Assembly (NCBI GenBank): GCA_963663845.2
Contig: OY760650.2
Span: 1,008,480 to 1,072,479, forward strand
Direction of reading: 5' to 3'
DNA from: Terriglobia bacterium
GTDB taxonomy: Bacteria; Acidobacteriota; Terriglobia; Versatilivoradales; Versatilivoraceae
DNA: 64,000 bases
Both the position numbers and the translations under genes were made by a program. Shown in pieces: positions 56,641 to 64,000 of the stretch. A model generated the notes under the pieces. That model searched no databases. It saw nothing but the letters and a program-made list of their open reading frames with translations, and was not told the DNA's origin. Position 1 is the stretch's first letter. Every line of letters starts with the position of its first letter.

Positions 56641-57591
56641 TCAGGAGAGGCGCTTCAAGCGGGGGCGGTCCTCGTCTTCCGGTTGCGGCTCGTCCTCCAC
56701 TCCGACCTCGCCGGGGGTGCGGCGCTTCAGGCTGGGTCGCCCATCCGTCTCTCCCGGTGAGGGTCTCCTGGCATTGTCCATGGCAATGAGCTTGGCCTTG
56801 ATCCGATCGAACTCGGTGGTGTTGATGACGTACTGGTCGCGTTAAGATCGTAGCCGGTCTTGAGTCGAGAAGGCCGTGGCCAGCTTGCCCTTCTTTTTCT
56901 TCTTCTTGGACTGCAGTTTCTCAAAGAAGGAAACGAACCCTGTGGGATCGTAGCCGGTCTTGTACATGTACTGAAGTCCCAGGGTGTCCGCCTCGGTTTC
57001 CGCCTTGCGGCTGAACCGCAGGAACTGCATCGGAATCAGGAAGCTGGATGCATTGTAGATCGCCGACGCAATCCCGCCGCTGAGAAAGATCAGGGGGATC
57101 ATGGCGTAGTTGGCGATGGTGGCCTTGGTCTGCTGCTCGGTGGCGTGCCGGGCGGTCACATGCGCAATCTCGTGGGCCATAACGCCGGCAATCTCGGATT
57201 CGCTGTCGGCCGCGGTGATCAGCCCGCTGTTGACGTAGAGGAATCCTCCGGGCAGAGCCATGGCATTGATCTCTTCCGAATCGATCACCTTGATGGTAAA
57301 GGGAACCTTGGCGTCGGAATTGCGCACCAGGTTCTGGGCGACCCGGTTGATGTACTCGGTGACTTCAGGATCCTCGACCAGCTTGACCTGACGCTCGATC
57401 TGCCGGGAGAGCTGACGGCCCAGGGCGATCTCCTTCTCGATCGAAATGATGTTCAAGTTCCCCTTGTTGACGTTTCGATTCCCGATCTCGTCCAGGTCTG
57501 AGTTCTTGGGGGCCTTGGCAAAGGACGGCACGCTGCCGACAAGGCTCAATGTCAAGCAGGGTGTGATCACATATTTTTTGAGAAACTGCAT
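56641..57591 (-). CDS. M48 family zinc metalloprotease (frameshifted near the C-terminus)
   Basis: INAMALPGG, AHEIAH (HExxH), ETEAD; ORF ends at 56842 but the tail DQYVINTTEFDRIKAKL...DRPRLKRLS* continues in another frame to 56641. Confidence 0.85.
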
Positions 57592-57668
57592 GACGTCCTC
57601 CTCCTCGAGTTTCATGTCCCGTAGATTTGTTGTCCACAGGATCAGATGCCGATCCAGGTGCAAACGAG

Positions 57669-57705
57669 GTAAAAATACGGTCAACGTTTCGTAAAGATTC
57701 GTCAA
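57669..57705. promoter_or_regulatory. CpxR-type four-half-site box upstream of the M48 gene
   Basis: GTAAA-aatacg-GTCAA-cgtttc-GTAAA-gattc-GTCAA. Confidence 0.75.
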
Positions 57706-57789
57706 GAAACAAGATTGGGCCCGACCTTGGAGCCGGACCCAACCCATCGTTTCCAGTATGGCAAACCCTTCGGGGGCGATGCCCGGCGA

Positions 57790-58335
57790 TTACTCTCCGC
57801 CCGGGGCGCCGCCGCGACGCTGGTGTCGCCGTTGCCTGCGCTCTTCCCGGCGGGACTTGCGCTTCTCCTGAAACGAGGTCCACTTCTGCTGCTGCTCCGG
57901 CGTCAGGACGTTCTTGACATTCAACCGCGTGTTGGCGCCAATGGCCACCAACTGACCCCGGAGCCTTCCCTGCTCGGTGGCCAGCGTGTCGATCCAGGCC
58001 GTGTCTCCGGCCTTGACGGCTTCGCCCAGAGCCTTGCGGTTGGACCGCAGTTGCTCGCGGATCGGTTTGGATTGGTCCCGGGCAGCCGTTCGGATCTTCT
58101 TGATGTCGGCCTGTTGGGCTTCGGTCAGTCCCAGGAACTCGGCCACCATCGCACCCCGCATCCCGATCTCGCCCTTGCCTCCAGGGCCTCTCCCCCGACG
58201 GCCTCCACCCCCGAAGCCGCCGAATTGGCCGAAAGCGGATTCCGCCAGCAGAATCGACGCCAGAACGAAAACCGAGACCACCATGCCTCTTGCCAGGATC
58301 TTTCCGGTTCGCGTGTTGTTTGAAGTCTGAAACAT
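57790..58335 (-). CDS. Spy/CpxP family periplasmic chaperone
   Basis: Signal peptide; LGLTEAQQ and VLTPEQQ (LTxxQ motifs); divergent from cpxRA. Confidence 0.85.
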   Translation of the reverse strand: MFQTSNNTRTGKILARGMVVSVFVLASILLAESAFGQFGGFGGGGRRGRGPGGKGEIGMRGAMVAEFLGLTEAQQADIKKIRTAARDQSKPIREQLRSNRKALGEAVKAGDTAWIDTLATEQGRLRGQLVAIGANTRLNVKNVLTPEQQQKWTSFQEKRKSRREERRQRRHQRRGGAPGGE

Positions 58336-58435
58336 TGGAATTTCCTCCTTTTCTGAAATTTTCAAGAGCCTTGACAGCAACCTCGCTCCTCGCCTGACTC
58401 TTACCCCTATATACGTCGCTCCCCGCCAAGCGGGT

Positions 58436-58472
58436 GTAAAGAGTGCGTCAGCGTTGTGTAGAGTTTTGTCAA
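58436..58472. promoter_or_regulatory. CpxR-type four-half-site box between the spy/cpxP-like gene and cpxR
   Basis: GTAAA-gagtgc-GTCAG-cgttgt-GTAGA-gtttt-GTCAA. Confidence 0.72.
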
Positions 58473-58576
58473 TCCGTTTTCTTGACGGTTGAGGTCCACC
58501 GATCCAAAACAGTACCCTTAATCCCTTGATAGTCCCGGGGCGCCCCGGACGGCGCCATCCACCCGTAGAGGTCGCC

Positions 58577-59281
58577 ATGGATCGTTTGCTGGTGGTCGAT
58601 GACGATACCGAACTCTGTTCGCTGGTCGCCAAGTACCTGGAAGCGGAAGGGTTCCAGGTGGATTCCGTCAACGATGGGCAGGAGGGCATCGAGCGAGCCC
58701 TTTCCGGCGACTACTCCCTGGTGGTTCTGGATGTGATGCTGCCCGGAGTCAACGGATTCGACGTCTTGCGCCGCATCCGAACGGAATCGCCCATTCCTGT
58801 AATCATGCTGTCGGCCAGGGCCGAGGACGTGGAGAGAATCGTGGGACTCGAGATCGGCGCCGACGACTACCTGGGCAAACCCTTCAATCCACACGAGCTG
58901 GTGGCGCGCATCCGGGCCGTTTCCCGCCGCTCCCGGCCCGACAGGGAGCCAGAGTCCGAGAGCGTTCGGCTTCCGCTCCTGAGAGTGGGAGACATCGAGC
59001 TGGACCGGAATGCCTGGAAGGTGATGCGGGATGGCCAACCGGTGGTGTTGACCACGCTGGAGTTCAACCTCCTGGAGATGCTGCTCCGGTCTGCCGGACA
59101 GGTGTTGCCCCGTGAAGAGCTGGTTCGGACCCTGCTGGAACGCGAGTTCGACCCCTTCGACCGCAGCATCGACATGCACGTCAGCAACCTGCGGAAGAAA
59201 CTGGGCCGTCACGTCGATGGAGTCGAGCGAATCAAGTCGATCCGCGGAGTCGGCTACGTCTATCCCGACCCCGGACCATAG
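58577..59281 (+). CDS. cpxR: OmpR-family response regulator, CpxR-like
   Basis: LLVVDDD, LDVMLP, GADDYLGKPF; recognition-helix region PFDRSIDMHVSNLRKKL closely resembles CpxR. Confidence 0.8.
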   Translation: MDRLLVVDDDTELCSLVAKYLEAEGFQVDSVNDGQEGIERALSGDYSLVVLDVMLPGVNGFDVLRRIRTESPIPVIMLSARAEDVERIVGLEIGADDYLGKPFNPHELVARIRAVSRRSRPDREPESESVRLPLLRVGDIELDRNAWKVMRDGQPVVLTTLEFNLLEMLLRSAGQVLPREELVRTLLEREFDPFDRSIDMHVSNLRKKLGRHVDGVERIKSIRGVGYVYPDPGP

Positions 59282-59293
59282 GAGCGGGGAATG

Positions 59294-59349
59294 GAGTTAT
59301 TCACGAAGGGGAACGACGAACCACGAATGGACACGAATGAACACCAATA
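59294..59349. repeat. Family D element fragment between cpxR and cpxA
   Basis: 59318-59349 is the reverse complement of 56199-56230 (2 mismatches in 32); GAGTTATTCACGAAG matches 56131-56145. Confidence 0.75.
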
Positions 59350-59458
59350 GACTGATGGATGCGCTGTTGATTGGGGGTTGACCAGCGACCCATTGGGGTT
59401 GGTCTACGAAGGATCCACACGGCAAGTCGGAAGCCCGGCCAAGCCGGCCAGCAGAGTC

Positions 59459-60910
59459 ATGCGTAGTCTCGTACTGAAAATCTTCATCTGGTTCTGGGCA
59501 GCCATGGCCCTGGTCGGCCTGGCCCTCTATTTCTCCACCCGGGCCACCCTCTCGGAACAGGCCGAGCGCCGGGAGCGCCAATGGATCGAGATGACCATGC
59601 CCCTGGTGGCTCAAAGGGCGGCCGACGTTGTCGAAAGGGACGGCCCCTCGGGCCTGAGGCGATACATCGACCGACTCAATCGTCGGCGTCGTTTCAATGT
59701 TTCCTTCCTCAACGAAGCGGGAGAGCTTCTGGCCGGGCCCGTTCCATCGAGCCGGATCAGGAACCTGGCGGCCAGGGCCGCACAAAGTAGCGATCGCCTG
59801 GTGGAGATCGTACAGGGAGAGCGCCTGGTGGCCCAGAGCGTGGTCTCGCCCGCCGGCCGCCGGTTTGTCCTGGCGGGAGACATCCGGGCCCGACTTCCGG
59901 GAAACCTGCCCGGACGACCCCGGCGGCCGCCACCGATCCTCAGAGCCCTGGGTATTCTGGACGCCGACATCCAGACCCGGGTGCTTCGCATCCTGGCTGT
60001 CTTTCTGACGGCCGGACTGGTCTGCTATGGCCTGGCCTGCTATCTGACCGCTCCCCTGAAGAAGCTGCGGGCCGCGACCCGGAAGCTGGCGGACGGGGAC
60101 CTGGCAGCCCGGGTCGGAAGAGCGCCGGGCGGCCGCCAGGACGAACTCACCGAGCTCGGCCGCGATTTCGACCAGATGGCCGAACGCATCCAGACCATGG
60201 TGGACGCTCAGCGCCGCCTGTTGAGCGACATCTCCCACGAGCTGCGCTCGCCGCTGGCTCGCCTCAACGTGGCGTTGGCGCTGATTCGCCAGCGCCTGAA
60301 GGGTCGATCCGACGAGGAACTGGACCGTATCGAGTTGGAAGCGGGACGCCTCAATCAGCTTATCGGCCACCTGCTGACCCTCAGTCGCATCGAAAGCGGC
60401 GCCATGGCGCCCGCCCGCAACGACATCCCCCTGGACCCACTGCTGGCCGAGGTGGTGGCCGATGCCGAATACGAAGCCCGCGGCTCGGGGAAGGCCGTAC
60501 GCATCCTCTCCAGCCAGGACTGCGTCGCCGTGGGCGATCGAGAGCTGTTGAGAAGCGCCGTGGAGAACGTGGTCCGAAACGCCGTCTACTACACCGCCGA
60601 CAAGACCGCGGTCGAGGTTGCACTGAAACTGGATGGAGACAACCGGGACACGGCGGTGATTACGGTTCGCGACCGTGGAGATGGCGTGCGCGAGTCGGAG
60701 TTGGGCGAGATCTTTCGACCCTTCTACCGGGTGGCCGCGGCCCGGGAAAGACAGAGCGGCGGCGCCGGGCTGGGGCTGACCATCACCCGGCAGGCCGTGC
60801 AGTTGCACAACGGCTCGGTGGCCGCTTCCAACGCCCCCGGAGGAGGGCTGCGCATTGAAATACGACTGCCTGCCCGTCCCGGAGCCACGGACTCGGCCGA
60901 GCCACCCTGA
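59459..60910 (+). CDS. cpxA: HAMP sensor histidine kinase, CpxA-like
   Basis: Two TM segments, HAMP, LLSDISHELRSPL H-box, ENVVRNA, DRGDG, GAGLGL. Confidence 0.8.
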   Translation: MRSLVLKIFIWFWAAMALVGLALYFSTRATLSEQAERRERQWIEMTMPLVAQRAADVVERDGPSGLRRYIDRLNRRRRFNVSFLNEAGELLAGPVPSSRIRNLAARAAQSSDRLVEIVQGERLVAQSVVSPAGRRFVLAGDIRARLPGNLPGRPRRPPPILRALGILDADIQTRVLRILAVFLTAGLVCYGLACYLTAPLKKLRAATRKLADGDLAARVGRAPGGRQDELTELGRDFDQMAERIQTMVDAQRRLLSDISHELRSPLARLNVALALIRQRLKGRSDEELDRIELEAGRLNQLIGHLLTLSRIESGAMAPARNDIPLDPLLAEVVADAEYEARGSGKAVRILSSQDCVAVGDRELLRSAVENVVRNAVYYTADKTAVEVALKLDGDNRDTAVITVRDRGDGVRESELGEIFRPFYRVAAARERQSGGAGLGLTITRQAVQLHNGSVAASNAPGGGLRIEIRLPARPGATDSAEPP

Positions 60911-61069
60911 CCGAGGAAGACGTTGCACCAGGCAGGGTCGCCGCCAGCGGCGCCTCCTTGACAGATCCGTGGCTGAAAGGATATCTGTGAGGGCTTCAAA
61001 GGACCCTGTCCTCTATCCATTCGATATTGGCCAATCCCTTCCACCGATCCCACGACTGACTTCGATCCA

Positions 61070-61849
61070 ATGGACGACATTCTCCTGACGCGGCGGGAAG
61101 AGGACATCGCAACGGTCGTTCTCAACCGCCCGCACAAGCTGAACGCACTCAGCCGGGAACTGTGGCTGCGGGTGGGAAAGGCGATGCGGGAGCTTTCCTC
61201 GGATGAGAGCCTGCGCTGCATCGTGCTGCGCGGGGCCGGCGACAAGGCCTTCTCGCCGGGGGCCGACATCTCCGAATTCCCGGCGCACCGCTCCAACCGC
61301 CGGCAGGCACGGGAGTACGGAGCCCTGATCCAGAAAGCCATGCAATCCATCAGGGACTGTCAACACCCGGTCATCGCCATGATCCAGGGAGTCTGTGTCG
61401 GCGGGGGTCTGGAGCTGGCGTCCATGTGCGACCTCAGGATCTGCGGAGAATCCAGCCGATTCGGGGTGCCGGTCAATCGGATCGCCATCACCATGGCCTA
61501 CCCTGAAATCCGGGCGCTGATCGACCTGGTGGGCCGGGCCACCGCGCTGGAGATTCTTCTGGAGGGCCGGGTCTTCGGGGCCCTGGAGGCCAAGGTCAAG
61601 GGCCTGGTCACCCGCGTTCTTCCCGACAGTGAGGTCGAAGAGGTAACCTACGCCACCGCCCGCCGCATCGCGGAGGGGGCTCCCCTGGCCAACCGCCTGC
61701 ACAAGAGATTCGCCTACCGCCTCCTGGATCCCAGGCCGCTGACCGAGGCCGAAGTGGACCAGGGGTTCGAAATCGTCGGCACCGAGGACCACCGGGAGGG
61801 ATACCGGGCCTTCCTGGCCAAGACCAGGCCGCATTTCAAGGCCCGCTGA
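61070..61849 (+). CDS. Enoyl-CoA hydratase/isomerase (crotonase) family
   Basis: LNRPHKLNAL, AFSPGADI, CVGGGLELA, EGYRAFLAK. Confidence 0.9.
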   Translation: MDDILLTRREEDIATVVLNRPHKLNALSRELWLRVGKAMRELSSDESLRCIVLRGAGDKAFSPGADISEFPAHRSNRRQAREYGALIQKAMQSIRDCQHPVIAMIQGVCVGGGLELASMCDLRICGESSRFGVPVNRIAITMAYPEIRALIDLVGRATALEILLEGRVFGALEAKVKGLVTRVLPDSEVEEVTYATARRIAEGAPLANRLHKRFAYRLLDPRPLTEAEVDQGFEIVGTEDHREGYRAFLAKTRPHFKAR

Positions 61850-61851
61850 CC

Positions 61852-63093
61852 ATGAACCCGCAGCCAACCTCCGATCGCACCGGTCCCCTGCTCGGCATGA
61901 AAGTCCTGGAAGCCAGCCACGTCATGGCCGGCCCCACCTGTGGATTGATGTTGGCCGATCTGGGAGCGGACGTCGTCAAGGTGGAGCGCCTCCCCGGAGG
62001 CGACGACACCCGGCGCGCCGTACCACCCGAAATCCAGGGTGAGTCGGCCGCTTTCATGATGATGAACCGCAACAAGCGCGGCATCGGCCTGGATCTGAAG
62101 TCCGAGAGAGGGCGGGAGGTCTTCCGCCGCCTGGCCGCAAGCCGCGACGTCGTCATCGAAAACTTTCGCAAGGGCGCGATGGAGTCCCTGGGTCTGGGCT
62201 ATGACCGTCTGAAATCGGATCACCCCGAACTCATCTACTGCTCCCTCTCGGGCTTCGGACAGACGGGGCCCTACGCCGGCCAGGGGGGATTCGACCTGAT
62301 TGCCCAGGGAATGAGCGGATTGATGAGCATTACCGGTGAAGGGCCCGGCAGGGCTCCGGTAAAGGTGGGGGCGCCCATGACGGATATCACCGCGGGCATC
62401 CTGGCGGCCCTGGGGATCGTTGCGGCCTATGCTCACCGGCAGCGTAGCGGCGAGGGACAACTGGTGGACACCTCCCTGCTGGAAGCCGGAATCGTTCACA
62501 CCTACTGGCAGTCGGCCATTTACCTGGCGACGGGTGTCTCCCCCATGGCCATGGGATCGGCCCATCCCCTGATGGCTCCCTACCAGTCCTTTGAAACCCG
62601 GGACGGCTGGGTCAATATCGGCGCCGCCAACCAGGCCAACTGGCAGCGGTTGCTGGAGGTTCTGGGAGCTTCCGAACTGGGGCGCGATCGGCGATTCGCC
62701 GACAATGCCGGGCGCATGAGCCATCTGGCCGCGCTGGTGGAGCAGTTGGCTCCCTACTTTCGATCTCGAACCACCGCTTCATGGCTGAAACAATTCCAGG
62801 CCGCCGGGATCCCGGCCGGGCCGGTGCTCTCCATCGCGGCCATGCATGCCGACCCGCAAGTGAAGGCGCGCCGGATGGTGACCGAGGTCCCGCACAGCCG
62901 CTTGGGTCCGGTCAAGACCTTGGGGGCGCCGGTCAAGTTCTCGGCGACGCCGACCTCGTTGACCCGAGGAGCGCCGCTGCTGGGAGAGCACACTCGGGAA
63001 GTGCTGCGCGAAGCGGGCTATAGCGACAGGGAAACCGAAGCCCTCGAAGCCGAAGGCGCCATTCTGATTTCCCGGAGGGAATGTGAGGGCTGA
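61852..63093 (+). CDS. CaiB/BaiF family III CoA-transferase
   Basis: MAGP, DLGADVVKVE, NRNKR, ENFR, GFGQTGPY, APLLGEHT. Confidence 0.92.
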   Translation: MNPQPTSDRTGPLLGMKVLEASHVMAGPTCGLMLADLGADVVKVERLPGGDDTRRAVPPEIQGESAAFMMMNRNKRGIGLDLKSERGREVFRRLAASRDVVIENFRKGAMESLGLGYDRLKSDHPELIYCSLSGFGQTGPYAGQGGFDLIAQGMSGLMSITGEGPGRAPVKVGAPMTDITAGILAALGIVAAYAHRQRSGEGQLVDTSLLEAGIVHTYWQSAIYLATGVSPMAMGSAHPLMAPYQSFETRDGWVNIGAANQANWQRLLEVLGASELGRDRRFADNAGRMSHLAALVEQLAPYFRSRTTASWLKQFQAAGIPAGPVLSIAAMHADPQVKARRMVTEVPHSRLGPVKTLGAPVKFSATPTSLTRGAPLLGEHTREVLREAGYSDRETEALEAEGAILISRRECEG

Positions 63094-63095
63094 TC

Positions 63096-63953
63096 ATGTC
63101 CATGGTGAAACGAAAATTCGGCTGGACTGGTGTCGAGGTTCCGATCATCGGCCAGGGGACCTGGATGATCGAAGGCAGTCGAGCCCAGGAGCAGCGGGCG
63201 GTGGCGGCCCTGCAACTGGGGCTCGACCTGGGACTGACCCACATCGATACCGCCGAGATGTACGGCGACGGCCGGGCCGAAGAGTTGACGGCGGACGCCA
63301 TCGGCGCCAGGAGGAGCGACGTCTTTCTGGTGAGCAAGGTGCTCCCCTACAACGCCTCCTACGACGGCACCCTGAGAGCCTGCGAGCGAAGTCTGAAGCG
63401 GCTTCGAACCGACAGCCTGGACCTGTACCTGCTCCACTGGAGCGGCCGCCACCCCATTCGGGAAACCATGAGAGCCATGGAAACCCTGGTGCAGAGAGGT
63501 TGCATCCGGTTCATCGGAGTCAGCAACCTCGACCTGGAGGAACTGAAAGAGGCCCAGCAAGCGCTGCGCCATGAACGGCTGGCCTGCAACCAGGTGCTCT
63601 ACCACCTGGGGGACCGGGGCATCGAGACCCGGCTTCTCCCCTACTGTGCCGAGCACCAGATCGCCCTGGTGGCCTACAGCCCCTTCGGCCATTCGAGCTT
63701 TCCCTCGCCGGGCGGCAGGGGTGGAGGGGTGTTGGCCGCCATCGCCCGAAAACGGGGACGAACGGCCAGGCAGGTGGTGCTGAACTTCCTGACCCGCCAT
63801 CCGGGGGTGTTCACCATTCCCAAGGCGAGCCGGGAGGAACATGTGAGGGAAAACAGCCGGTCCCTGGATTGGGAGCTCTCCGGCGAGGATCTGAAGGCCA
63901 TCGATCAGGCCTTTCCCGCTCCCGACCACCAGGCGCCGCTCGGCATGCTCTGA
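63096..63953 (+). CDS. Aldo/keto reductase
   Basis: IGQGTW, IDTAEMYG, SKV, DLYLLHW, IGVSN, AYSP, IPKAS. Confidence 0.92.
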   Translation: MSMVKRKFGWTGVEVPIIGQGTWMIEGSRAQEQRAVAALQLGLDLGLTHIDTAEMYGDGRAEELTADAIGARRSDVFLVSKVLPYNASYDGTLRACERSLKRLRTDSLDLYLLHWSGRHPIRETMRAMETLVQRGCIRFIGVSNLDLEELKEAQQALRHERLACNQVLYHLGDRGIETRLLPYCAEHQIALVAYSPFGHSSFPSPGGRGGGVLAAIARKRGRTARQVVLNFLTRHPGVFTIPKASREEHVRENSRSLDWELSGEDLKAIDQAFPAPDHQAPLGML

Positions 63954-64000
63954 CCCGACCGGATGGCGGCCGGCATTTCTCAGCCGAGCACTCCCCTGAA

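Noticed and set aside
54973-57528. Diversity-generating retroelement template/variable repeat pair
   Set aside because: The differences are mostly indels rather than adenine-specific substitutions, and no reverse transcriptase is present.
531-63929. Many long antisense or alternate-frame ORFs (e.g. 531-2252, 10879-12693, 19744-21606, 43105-45810)
   Set aside because: Typical shadows of high-GC coding sequence; they have no family motifs and overlap well-supported genes.

Overview
High-GC bacterial chromosomal segment. The acidobacterial-style BON protein (IRHELVMLPYFSVFD) and M48 C-terminal tail suggest Acidobacteriota, but this is an inference. About 45 genes are present. (1) 1-38.9 kb is a catabolic region rich in exported enzymes: Asp-box propellers, a sulfatase, an amidase, aldolases, five paralogous Tat-signal TIM-barrel GH-like proteins and two Tat-signal enolase-superfamily enzymes. 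Embedded in it are a lower-GC ABC/AAA-ATPase plus PD-(D/E)xK-like gene pair and a DUF1778/GNAT toxin-antitoxin pair. (2) 39-50 kb is a planctomycete-type DUF1501-DUF1549/1553-PPC-cytochrome/WD40 cluster. (3) 53-61 kb is a cpxP-like/cpxRA locus. An identically spaced 37-bp four-half-site box lies upstream of three envelope genes there, which points to a local Cpx regulon. (4) A CoA-transferase/crotonase/AKR operon ends the window. The intergenic DNA holds at least four families of gene-free dispersed elements: MITE-like elements with TIRs, REP/REPIN-like elements, hairpins with 9-10-nt periodic arms, and heptamer arrays. The 54.9-57.1 kb region is a mosaic in which pieces of the M48 gene overwrite a PQQ-propeller gene; an assembly or polishing artefact is the leading explanation. 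I saw no rRNA, tRNA, CRISPR array or transposase gene. All family calls come from motif recognition, not from database searches.
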